A stretch of DNA of 64,000 nucleotides, taken from the NCBI RefSeq assembly GCF_964355755.1, contig NC_092670.1:19392795-19456794 (forward strand), given 5' to 3'. The DNA is from Antedon mediterranea (lineage: Eukaryota; Animalia; Echinodermata). Made by a program: the position numbers and the translations under genes. This document shows, piece after piece, positions 1 through 12,090 of this stretch (its first letter is position 1; each line of letters opens with the position of its first letter). The notes beneath the pieces are model-generated. The model saw only the letters and a list, made by a program, of their open reading frames with translations, was not told where the DNA came from and made no database searches.

Positions 1-33
1 CCTTCATTACAATAATAGCAGAATTATACACTA

Positions 34-70
34 CTAGATGGTACGCGAGCGAAGCGAGCGTACCATCTAG
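34..70. repeat. Perfect 13-bp hairpin with GAGCGAAGCGA loop, probably the end of a Helentron/HINE-like element
   Basis: CTAGATGGTACGC (34-46) and GCGTACCATCTAG (58-70) are exact reverse complements around a GCGAGCGAAGCGAGC motif; family assignment is inference. Confidence 0.55.
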
Positions 71-1563
71 GTCGTGCCCACAGATGGTTCTCGAATACAT
101 AATAATTTCAGCGTTAAAAAACTGGCGATTTCAATTGTACGTACCGCAGGACAAATACATGTCGTTTACAGGAACGAATAAATAGACAATGTGATTTATG
201 TACTCAACTAAAAATATCACCCTGGGAATTACTTCCGAAAGAGAAACTTGTCACAAAATGAGACCAATTGTAATGTCAAATTTAAACAAATTTAATTTGT
301 GTTTTGTATTTAACATTAGGGTTGAGGGATGGGGAAGAGGATGGGTGGAAAGAGGAACAATTTTTAAATATATTCTTTATCTATTTAGTAACGAAATATT
401 AATTGTTTTCATGTTTTACAAATAATATACCACTAAACACAGTAAAACATTGCGATGTAATACTTTGTTGAAGCTATAACCGTCCAAGTCGATTGAAATA
501 GTACAGTACATGTAACGATGTAACATCACTACGACGTGTATATGTTTATATAATGTAAAACAATTTGTGAAAACCACCTCTATTCGGGGAAAATGATAAA
601 TTCGATTTGATCGTCAATAAATATTAAATTATCTAACTCAACTTAATAAGTAGGCCTAATGGTTTTCAATTGTTTCTTAGAGCCAATTCATACTTAAGTT
701 GGTTCCTACCCTACCCACCAAAGTTGTTCTGCGTTTAGGGCATGTGATGTACCGTAGGCCTATCCTCTACTGGTTTTACAACGCTACTCATGCCAGTGAG
801 GGAAGGGTGATGATGTGGGTGGTTTAATTGCAATAATAAAGATTTGTACATAATATACGGCGAGTGAAAACTCTAGCTCATTATCCGTTTAAAAAAAATG
901 TATATCCAACCACTGCAGCACAGATTGAAACAAAAATGGATCGAATTTCTGTTATGAGTATACAGTACTTGCCTTTACGACGCCTGAGGGAATAGACGCT
1001 TGTGGAACAGAGATTGGAATGTTCCATTCATCGCAAATCAATACATTTGTATAAACGTATATTAAATCTATCAAAATAGTAATTTTTTAAGAAAATCGGC
1101 CTGTCTTCAACATTATGATGCTGTACTCGAGCTGTTCAACCGGTTTTCAGCCATTAAAAACAATTATCGTAGGAGGAGATAGGAAAATACGAAGCATCCT
1201 CGTATTATTGTCTGCGGGTATTTTTCAAGACGGACATCCATTAGACTGTGTATACCACGATCGAAAAACACCCCTATTTGGGGCAAATCGTTGAACCTAA
1301 ATTCGTTTTAATCGTCAATAACTAATTATCGAACTCAATTTAATTAGTAAACAGGGTTACATCAGGTGGTTAAAATCAGTACCGAAAGTACGAACCAACT
1401 TTATATACCATCGAGTAAACATTCTAGAAATAACGCGCGATTTAGATAATTTTGCCCTTACGTAAATTTATATATAGATATCACATCCTGCAAAACATCA
1501 AGATATATTATAACACAGTGCTTGTTACATTAATAAAGCAGAACAGTATTTAACATATTATTA

Positions 1564-1710
1564 AGCTCTGTCTACACTATCAAACTTTATGTGACAAAAA
1601 ATGTGATGTGCCCATATATGGACATGATGTTATATCACTACCATATTTGGGCATATCACACTCTATTCCTAGAGTTTTCCTAGAATCTAGTTTGATAGTC
1701 TAGATAAGCT
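1564..1710. mobile_element. PIF/Harbinger-type MITE, family A (TIR AGCTCTGTCTACAC)
   Basis: Starts tta|AGCTCTGTCTACACTATCAAACT, ends AGTTTGATAGTCTAGATAAGCT; shares internal GATGTGCCCATATATGGACATG with 7 other copies in the window. Confidence 0.8.
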
Positions 1711-1797
1711 TAGCAAATTTGGCTGCATTTTATACAATACAATAATATTTGTCTCACAAAATTATAATTTTATAACTCTCTTGCTACAGTATATTAT

Positions 1798-3733
1798 TCA
1801 TTGACGTATAGATAGAATATAAAGCAAAATAATAAAGAGTAAAAGGATACGTGAGTAACTACGTTTTCTGTTCATGGATGGCTGCGTACAAGACCGCGTC
1901 ATGATCTTGGGCAGCGAGCGTATCTTAAGATTTTTAGCAGATGGCGTGTAGTTATTAGCTATGGATTCACTGGGAGTTCGGTGGTATTTCTGTTCTTTGA
2001 AGGGGGATGCCTTAGTCCAGGAAGGATCCTTCATGATTGGCGGGTGTTCACTGTGTCGTAATACAATCTGTGAAATGGTATAATTACTGTGTTAATTCTT
2101 ATTTTTATTTTATTTCATCAAAGCCAACAGCAACGTAAGGTATTAAACAGAAAACATGTATGAAGCAAACTTAAATATATGTTAAATAGTAAAAATTAGC
2201 CCTATTGAGCACAATTATTTAAAAAAAAGAATAACTATTTAAATAAAATATCAACATTTACATTGGACTCAAATAGTTATACAAAGAAGGCAAGCGTGTC
2301 TGAAACCCTCTTTTACTATAAAACTGGAATTAAACCTAGGATGCCATGTTAGACACAAGCAAAAATATATTTTTCATATAACAATGTTTCAACAATTAGT
2401 AGTCAAGTAAATGACAATTAATGTTTGGACCTTGGACTATCAAAGTGAGAAGAATACAACTATTAATAATTTCATCGATCATCATTTAAGTTCCAATACC
2501 AGTTGCTAGGATACATGATACAATACGGTTTACCTGTTTACTATGGAGAGGGAATGAGAATTTATTATATTGTTGTAATTGTGTCGACATCAATTTTAAG
2601 GTCAGAAGAATGGCATAATGAATGTTAAAATATTGAATAACAAAAGGCCTTTATTTTAGTGTTATTGTTAAATTTCAATAATGCTACTTTTAAGAACAGT
2701 AACAATGGCGTTGAACATTATTCATTGATTAACTGTAATTATATTTGATCACACCAATTAAGAATGTTTTTTTGTTCAGATGTATTTTTGTGCTTTACCA
2801 TGAATACAATAGGATAGTTGTGATACAACTATCTGTATCTATTTGTAAAAGTGTGTTGTGTACATTATAATGTTGACTCAGTATCTGCAAGTCAACTTTA
2901 AGAAATAAAGCACAAACGTTTACTAGCAGTGTCCTTTGTTCTTTAATGTAAATATCTTCTCTCCTAGCTGTATAAATAATGAATTGAATTTAAAAGTAAT
3001 TGCACTGGACTTGGACCAATGTTTCTCTTTGGTTTTCCAACATCCAGCAGGTCCATCTACTACTTACCTATCCAATCTGACAATTTTCTTTGCGTTTAGA
3101 CACCATCCTTTTACTACAATACCCTTAGAATCTTGTTGAATTTTTTTAAAATTTTTTGTGGTATATAAAAATAATAGGCCTACAAAATAATATCATTTTA
3201 AAATAAAACTTGTACACACAATCTATACTTTTGTGTCTGTGATAATTATTTAAGTAACAAAATAGTTTAAAAATAGAAATTAAATCATGGTGTAAGTAGG
3301 CTAGACCTACTGTACCTAGCACTTTGTTATTTTATTTTAAAAGACAGTATAAATTGGTTAGGAATGAGGGAAAGGTGGGTCTTACCTGATACAAGTCCGA
3401 AGGGTTATTACTGCCCTCTGGAGGCAGCGGTGGGATTCCCGGTAAACCCCTCGTTTTACTACAACTGAGTAATGGCGTTTCTGAACACTGAAATGAAAGA
3501 AATTATTCTTTATTTGCATACATAATAATGTCAACCAGAAATTTACATTAAAATTAATAAGGACCACGTATAGAATAGAAACCAATTTTGTGATTATTTG
3601 AAAAGAAAAAAAAAAATTGATATAAATCAATATTTACTTTACTGTAGGCCTAGCTATTATATGTTCAAGACATTGATTACGTAATAATAAAAAATATGAA
3701 TAAACAATTTACCTTAGCACGATCCAAGGCCAT
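1798..3733 (-). CDS. Uncharacterised 130-aa protein with C-terminal hydrophobic (tail-anchor-like) segment; 3 exons
   Basis: Exons 3733-3713 (MALDRAK), 3487-3386 (CSETPLLSCSKTRGLPGIPPLPPEGSNNPSDLYQ), 2067-1798 (IVLRHSEHPPIMKDPSW...RKRSYSRILLLFIILLYILSIRQ*). All introns are GT-AG and phase 0, giving an uninterrupted ORF. Confidence 0.7.
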
Positions 3734-4353
3734 GATTACTTTGTCTTGTTTTCAAAACTCTCCTGTCAGCTGTGTGGTGAAAATCTGTGTGTGTGGTTGT
3801 TTTAATCAGTCTGATGGTGTGATTTTTTTCAGAATGTTACCCATAACATTGCTTTATATGAAAGACTGCTACTAGGCCTAGGCTTAATTTAATTCTAGTC
3901 TTGAAGTAGGCTAGGTCAAGGAACGGTCTAAGCCCTAATTGGTCCAGGCAATTTCAGCTTATTCTCCTAGAACGAAGTGAGTTGTGCCGTCCATTTTCGT
4001 GAAGCGAAATGTTTTGAGTGCGTTTATTACCTCCCTGTCAAGCTCTGTTAAATGTTGTTGTCAATACGCTATAATTAGTCTAATACAAACACCACAAAAT
4101 TACGGTTGTTGAAATTGGTTAAATCTACAAACTTTTTAAATCATAGTACTGCAAAAAAGTAAACTTTACTAACTTTACAAACTGGGGCTAGCGAACAAGA
4201 AGTGCATCAGGTTGCTAGGTCCGAAAAGCAATCAATTATAAATGAGGGCGCTAAACTAATAAATTGAAGATTCAGAAAAAAAAAGTTACATAACGCGGTA
4301 GTAGTACAGTAGTAGACTAGGTGGTACGTGCTAACTTTTAAAACTAAATTTAA

Positions 4354-4608
4354 AGATGTATTGTCCCCTGAAAAATCATTTTAACATTTTTTGTTGAATA
4401 TGCAATTTTAATGTCACATAATAGTTATCTACTTTGACCAAAAATTGGATCTAAAAAAATTGAATTTAACCATTTATTATGTTATTTTATAAGTGAAAAC
4501 ATAATTGTTTTCGTTTTTTTCTACGGAAGTCATTAACTTCTACAAAATAACCTCAAAGTCCGATTTAATAAACCTTAATTTTTCATGTTTTTGGGGGACA
4601 ATACATCT
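4354..4608. mobile_element. TTAA-flanked MITE (Kolobok-like), family B
   Basis: TTAA|AGATGTATTGTCCCC...GGGGACAATACATCT|TTAA; related degenerate copy at ~61944-62258. Confidence 0.75.
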
Positions 4609-5334
4609 TTAAACTAACTAACTAATAAAAATAATTTAATAGTTTCGGTAGCACGACCATGCTGACCAAACACTTGTATAGATTAAATATAGGCCTATTA
4701 AATTGTATTTTATTAATTTATAGAGAAAAACATGGAGATTTAAATACCTCCATGGAGAAAAATGTGTTGTCTTTTAAAAATCGTGTCTACTCGTTGCCTT
4801 TTTGCTTTTATTTATTGTCTTTGTTTCTAAGTATAGTGGATTGTCTATCTAAGATTTTAGATTTATTTCTAACTAGTTTAGTTTTTACGTAATATTTATA
4901 TTAGGTTTAGTTTTAACGTGTTTGTAACGTATTTATTAATATGTATTGTACTATAAAAGGAGCTATATTTCCTATACCATCCTGGCTAGTTGAGAATTCT
5001 CAACTATTTTATGTTTTTTTCTACCTTTCTGGAAAATGATATAATCCAAATTTTATTAATAATACCAGTAGTAAACATTTAGAAACACTTGCATACCTTC
5101 AATAATTTTAGTTGTTTGTAGTTTAAGACAATCTTAGTGATATTTAAATGAAAACAATACGATAAAAACTATTGTGTCTGTATTTTACAAGACTATGACT
5201 TCCGTATAACGTGCATTGTGGGTACTTCAATTTTTATAGAAAAGCTAGGGAATCCTAATTTAGTAGGCAGCATATGGGGGCGGGGCAACCAAACTTGCTT
5301 ATCAAATCAAAGCACAGTAAAGCAAAGGATAAAA

Positions 5335-7110
5335 TTAATGTACGATCCAGTTTACCACTGTTCTCAACTATAGTCATTTTAGTATACTTGAGCACAGTTA
5401 TAAAGAATAGGATAAACTTAACAATATACAACAAATAGCATTAATGTACGATCCAGTTTAACACTGTTCTCAACTATAGACATTTTGGTATACTTGAGCA
5501 CAGTGATAAAGAATAGGATAAACTTAACAATATACAACAAAAAACATTAATGTACGATCCAGTTTAACACTGTTCTCAACTATAGTCATTTTGGTATACT
5601 TGAGAACAGTGATAAAGAATAGGATAAACTTAACAATATACAACAAATAACATTAATGTATGATCCCGTTTAACACTGTTCTCAACTATAGTCATTTTGG
5701 TATACTTGAGCACAGTGATAAAGAATAGGATAAACTTAACAATATACAACAAATAACATTAATGTACGATTTAGTTTAACACTGTTCTCAACTATAGTCA
5801 TTTTGGTATACTTGAGCACAGTGATAAAGAATAGGATAAACTTAACAATATACAACCAATAACATTAATGTACGATCCCGTTTAACACTGTTCTCAACTA
5901 TAGTCATTTTGGTATACTTGAGCACAGTGATAAAGAATAGGATAAACTTAACAATATACAACAAATAACATTAATGTACGATCCCGTTTAACACTGTTCT
6001 CAACTATAGTCATTTTGGTATACTTGAGCACAGTGATAAAGAATAGGATAAACTTAATAATATACAACAAATAGCATTAATGTACGATCCAGTTTAACAC
6101 TGTTCTCAACTATAGTCATTTTGGTATACTTGAGCACAGTGATAAAGAATAGGATAAACTTAATAATATACAACAAATAACATTAATGTACGATCCAGTT
6201 TAACACTGTTCTCAACTATAGTCATTTTGGTATACTTAAGGACAGTGATAAAGAATAGGATCAACTTAATAATATACAACAAATAGCATTAAGGTATGAT
6301 CCCGTTTAACACTGTTCTCGACTATAGTCATTTTGGTATACTTGAGCACAGTGATAAAGAATAGGATAAACTTAATAATATACAACAAATAGCATTAATG
6401 TACGATCCCGTTTAACACTGTTCTCAACTATAGTCATTTTGGTATAGTTAAGCACAGTGATAAAGAATAGGATAAACTTAATAATATACAACAAATAACA
6501 TTAATGTATGATCCCGTTTAACACTGTTCTCGACTATAGTCATTTTGGTATACTTGAGCACAGTGATAAAGAATAGGATAAACTTAATAATATACAACAA
6601 ATAACATTAATGTACGATCCCGTTTAACACTGTTCTCGACTATAGTCATTTTGGTATACTTGAGCACAGTGATAAAGAATAGGATAAACTTAATAATATA
6701 CAACAAATAGCATTAATGTATACGATCCAGTTTAACACTGTTCTCAACTATAGTCATTTTGGTATAGTTAAGCACAGTGATAAAGAATAGGATAAACTTA
6801 ATAATATACAACAAATAACATTAATGTATGATCCCGTTTAACACTGTTCTCGACTATAGTCATTTTGGTATACTTGAGCACAGTGATAAAGAATAGGATA
6901 AACTTAATAATATACAACAAATAACATTAATGTACGATCCCGTTTAACCCTGTTCTGAACTATAGTCATTTTGGTATACTTGAGCACAGTGATAAAGAAT
7001 AGGATAAACTTCGAATAAACAGCAAATAACATTAATCTACGATGCCGTTTAATACTGTTTTAAACTATAGTCATTTGAGTATAATTAATCACAGATAAAG
7101 AATAAGATCA
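5335..7110 (+). repeat. Tandem array of 106-bp unit (~17 copies), left arm
   Basis: Unit GTACGATCCCGTTTAACACTGTTCTCAACTATAGTCATTTTGGTATACTTGAGCACAGTGATAAAGAATAGGATAAACTTAACAATATACAACAAATAACATTAAT; unit starts at 5446, 5552, 5658 etc. Confidence 0.95.
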
Positions 7111-7196
7111 ACTTTAATACTATTTATTAAATAAAAAAAACTAATTCTATATTAACACATATTATTTACATATACTTTCACTGCTGACTTCTAGTA

Positions 7197-7313
7197 TAAA
7201 CAGGCCATAGGCCTATACATGGCTGCAGTCGCGTGCTCAAATTTGAGTTGGTGCTTACCGACCGACCGACCGACATAGTGAGCTGTAGAGTCGCGTTTGC
7301 ACGCTACTAAAAA
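7197..7313 (-). mobile_element. Short Helentron-associated (HINE/DINE-1-like) element
   Basis: Minus strand reads TTTTTAGTAGCGT...GCGACTCTACAGCTCACTATGTCGGTCGGTCGGTCGG...GCGACTGCAGCCATGTATAGGCC...TGTTT, i.e. T-run start, GTCG microsatellite and terminal hairpin; second copy at 25646-25752. Confidence 0.65.
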
Positions 7314-7920
7314 GTTCACAACAACCGTAGGACGGGCACAGCGGAGTTTGTTCGAAACTCCAACCCCTCCCCTGGCTATGCGTTTAGATTGTTCATGCCT
7401 CCTTTACAAACCAAGATTATTAGAATACTATTAGGAGGATCAAACACAATTCTTGTTGCCAGATTTCATTGACATTACAGGTATGAAGTCTATCAATATA
7501 CAGTACCGCTTAATACAATACTTGTTGAGGCCATATCCATCTATACATTTTAGTGTTATTCCACTTTAAAAAAGTCGATTTATATCAATACTCATCAACA
7601 TACGATATAACGATAGAATTTATTGCAACTTGTCTATGTCGTATTCATCTACAAATAAAGTGTCTATTACCGTACTTTTAAAAATCTATTTATATCAATA
7701 CCTATCAACGTATGTACGTGTGCATATTATATATACAAAAATATATACATCAACATAAATGTCATATCATCTATAGTCATTAGTGTTATTTCACTTTTAA
7801 TATTAGTAAATCCAAAGGCAAAATACTGAAATAATAACAATGCTGTGGTCTCAATGGAGATACAAAAAAAGAAGCGAAAAGCTAAATCAAAACGATAAAG
7901 TAAAACAGCCAGAAAAGTTA

Positions 7921-7958
7921 GCAGAGTTTTCGGGCAACACTAGCCCTTCATCAGTGCA
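7921..7958 (-). ncRNA. Minimal type I hammerhead-ribozyme-like motif in a Penelope-like fragment
   Basis: Minus strand TGCA-CTGATGA-A-GGGC-TAGTGTT-GCCC-GAAA-AC-TC-TGC: conserved CUGAUGA and GAAA boxes, 4-bp stem II, short stem I (GCA/TGC). Stem III is not palindromic (AACT), so it may be inactive. Confidence 0.55.
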
Positions 7959-7981
7959 AGTGAGGGTACTTGTACAAGATA

Positions 7982-9160
7982 TAGTGTTATTTAACGTTTA
8001 GTCGATTTATATCAATACACTCATTACCATATGTACGTGCAATTCACGTCTACAATCAATAGTGTTAATTCCACTTTTAAAAGTCGATTTATATCAATAT
8101 ACTCATCAACATAATGTACGTGTCCACGTCATATTTATCTATAAATATTAGTGTTATTTCACTTTTAAAAGTCGATTTATATCAATATACTCATCAACAT
8201 AATGTACGTGTCCACGTCATATTTATCTATAAATATTAGTGTTATTTCACTTTTAAAAGTCGATTTATCAATATACTCATCAATAAATGTACTTGTCCAC
8301 GTCATATTCATTTACAAATCAGTGTTATTTCACTTTTCGAAGTCAATTATATCAATATAGGCCTACTCATCAACATATGTACGTGCAATTCACGTCATAT
8401 TCATAATGATCAATACGGTAGTGTACAACTAATAGTGTTATTTCACTTTTAAAAGTCGATTTATATCAATATACTCATCAATAAATGTACTTGTTCACGT
8501 CATATTCATCTACAATCAATAGTGTTATTTCACTTTTAAAAGTCGATTTATATCAATATACTCATCAACATTATGTACCGTACGTGTCCACGTCATATTC
8601 ATCTACAAATATTAGTGTTATTTCACTTTTAAAAGTCGATTTATATCAATATACTCATCAACATATTTAAATCGTGTCCAAGTCATATTCATCTACAAAT
8701 ATTAGTGTTAATTTGACTTTTAAAAGTCGATTTATATCAATATACTAATCAATATATGTACGTGTCCACGTCATATTCATCTACAAATATTAGTGTTATT
8801 TCACTTTTAAAAGTCGATTTATATCAATATACTCATCAACATATGTAAATCGTGTCCAAGTCATATTCATCTACAAATATTAGTGTTAATTTGACTTTTA
8901 AAAGTCGATTTATATCAATATACTAATCAATATATGTACGTGTCCACGTCATATTCATCTACAAATATTAGTGTTATTTCACTTTTCAAAGTCGATTTAT
9001 ATAAATATACTACTCACCAACATAATGTACGTGCAATTCACGTCATATTTATCTACAATCATTTGTGTTAATTCCACTTTTAAAAGTCAATTTATATCAA
9101 TTACTTATGAACATATGTACGTGTCCGCGTCATTCACCTACAAATATTATAGTGTTATTA
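7982..9160 (+). repeat. Tandem array of ~88-bp unit (~14 copies; degenerate copies back to ~7550)
   Basis: Unit TAGTGTTATTTCACTTTTAAAAGTCGATTTATATCAATATACTCATCAACATAATGTACGTGTCCACGTCATATTTATCTATAAATAT; unit starts at 8149 and 8237 are 88 bp apart. Confidence 0.92.
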
Positions 9161-9174
9161 TGTTTTTCATATTA

Positions 9175-12090
9175 TCACTGTGCTCAAGTATATGAAAATG
9201 ACTATAGTTGAGAACAGTGTTAAACAGAATCGTGTACATTAATGTTATTTGTTGTATATTGTGCTCAAGTATACCAAAATGACTATAGTTGAGAACAGTG
9301 GTAAACGGGATCGTACATTAATGTTTTTTGTTGTATATTGTTAAGTTTATCATATTCTTTATCACTGTGCTCAAGTATACCAAAATGACTATAGTTGAGA
9401 ACAGTGGTAAACTGGATCGTACATTAATGTTATTTGTTGTATATTATTAGGTTTATCCTATTCTTTATCACTGTCTTCAAGTATACCAAAATGACTATAG
9501 TTGAGAACAGTGTTAAACGGGATCGTACATTAATGTACGTTTTTTGTTGTATATTGTTAAGTTTATCCTATTCTTTATCACTGTTCTCAAGTATACCAAA
9601 ATGACTATAGTTGAGAACAGTGTTAAACTGGACCGTACATTAATGTTTTTTGTTGTATATTTTTAAGTTTGTCCTATTCTTTATCATCTGTGCTCAAGTA
9701 TACCAAAATGACTATAGTTGAGAACAGTGGTAAACTGGATCGTACATTAATGTTTTTTGTTGTATATTTTTAAGTTTGTCCTATTCTTTATCATCTGTGC
9801 TCAAGTATACCAAAATGACTATAGTTGAGAACAGTGGTAAACTGGATCGTACATTAATGTTATTTGTTGTATATTATTAAGTTTATCCTATTCTTTATCA
9901 CTGTGCTCAAGTATACCAAAATGACTATAGTTGAGAACAGTGTTAAACTGGATCGTACATTAATGTTTTTTGTTGTATATTGTTAAGTTTATCCTATTCT
10001 TTATCACTGTGCTCAAGTATACCAAAATGACTATAGTTGAGAACAGTGGTAAACTGAATCGTACATTAATGTTATTTGTTGTATATTATTAAGTTTATCC
10101 TATTCTTTATCACTGTGCTGAAGTATACAAAAATGACTATAATTGAGAACAGTGTTAAACGGGATCATACCTTAATGCTATTTGTTGTATATTGTTAACT
10201 TTATCCTATTCTTTATCACTGTTCTCAAGTATACCAAAATGACTATAGTTGAGAACAGTGTTAAACTGGATCGTCCATTAATGTTTTTTGTTGTATAGTT
10301 AAGTTTATCCTATTCTTTATCACTGTGCTCAAGTATACCAAAATGACTATAGTTGAGAACAGTGTTAAACGGGATCGTACATTAATGTTTTTTGTTGTAT
10401 ATTGTTAAGTTTATCCTATTCTTTATAACTGTTCTCAAGTATACCAAAATGACTATAGTTGAGAACAGTGTTAAACTGGATCGTACATTAATGTTTTTTG
10501 TTGTATATTGTTAAGTTTATCCTATTCTTTATCACTGTGCTCAAGTATACCAAAATGACTATAGTTGAGAACAGTGTTAAACGGGATCGTACATTAATGT
10601 TATTTGTTGTATATTATTAAGTTTATCCTATTCTTTATCACTGTGCTCAAGTACACCAAAATGACTATAGTTGAGAACAGTGTTAAACGATATCGTACAT
10701 TGATGTTATTTGTTGTATATTGTTAAGTTTATCCTATTCTTTATCACTGTGCTCAAGTATACCAAAATGACTATAGTTGAGAACAGTGTTAAACTGGATC
10801 ATACATTAATGTTATTTGTTGTATATTGTTAAGTTTATCCTATTCTTTATCACTGTGCTCTAGTATACCAAAATGACTATAGTTGAGAACAGTGTTAAAC
10901 GGGATCGTACATTGTTGTTGTATATTGTTAAGTTTATCCTATTATTTATCACTGTGCTCAAGTATACCAAAATGACTATAGTTGAGAACAGTGTTAAACG
11001 GGATCGTACATTATTGTTATTTGTTTTATATTGTTAAGTTTATCCTATTCTTTATCAATGTGCTCAAGTATACCAAAATGACTATAGTTGAGAACAGTGT
11101 TAAACGGGATCGTACATTAATGTTATTTGTTGTATATTGTTAAGTTTATCCTATTCTTTATCACTGTGCTCTAGTATACCAAAATGACTATAGTTGAGAA
11201 CAGTGTTAAACGGGATCGTACATTAATGTTATTTGTTGTATATTATTAAGTTTATCCTATTCTTTATCACTGTGCTCAAGTTCACCAAAATGACTATAGT
11301 TGAGAACAGTGTTAAACGGGATCGTACATTGATGTTATTTGTTTTATATTGTTAAGTTTATCCTATTCTTTATCACTGTGCTCAAGTATACCAAAATGAC
11401 TATAGTTGAGAACAGTGTTAAACTGGATCGTACATTAATGTTATTTGTTGTATATTGTTAAGTTTATCCTATTCTTTATCACTGTGCTCTAGTATACCAA
11501 AATGACTATAGTTGAGAACAGTGTTAAACGGGATCGTACATTGTTGTTGTATATTGTTAAGTTTATCCTATTATTTATCACTGTGCTCAAGTATACCAAA
11601 ATGACTATAGTTGAGAACAGTGTTAAACGGGATCGTACATTATTGTTATTTGTTGTATATTGTTAAGTTTATCCTATTCTTTATCAATGTGCTCAAGTAT
11701 ACCAAAATGACTATAGTTGAGAACAGTGTTAAACGGGATCGTACATTAATGTTATTTGTTGTATATTGTTAAGTTTATCCTATTCTTTATCACTGTGCTC
11801 TAGTATACCAAAATGACTATAGTTGAGAACAGTGTTAAACGGGATCGTACATTGTTGTTGTATATTGTTAAGTTTATCCTATTATTTATCACTGTGCTCA
11901 AGTATACCAAAATGACTATAGTTGAGAACAGTGTTAAACGGGATCGTACATTATTGTTATTTGTTGTATATTGTTAAGTTTATCCTATTCTTTATCAATG
12001 TGCTCAAGTATACCAAAATGACTATAGTTGAGAACAGTGTTAAACTACGGTACATCGTACATTAATGTTATTTGTTGTATATTGTTAAGT
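9175..12090 (-). repeat. Tandem array of the same 106-bp unit in reverse orientation (~27 copies), right arm
   Basis: Repeated GTATACCAAAATGACTATAGTTGAGAACAGTGTTAAACGGGATCGTAC, the reverse complement of the left-arm unit. Confidence 0.95.

Noticed and set aside
3068-3135. Possible extra exon of the orphan gene (strong GTAAGTA donor on the minus strand)
   Set aside because: Every candidate acceptor gives a stop or frameshift; the flanking exons join in frame without it.
8485-9195. ORFs 8485-8670 and 8971-9195
   Set aside because: Translations of the 88-bp satellite.
5335-12090. Regular repeats as a CRISPR array
   Set aside because: Units are contiguous tandem copies with no unique spacers, there are no cas genes and the context is eukaryotic.
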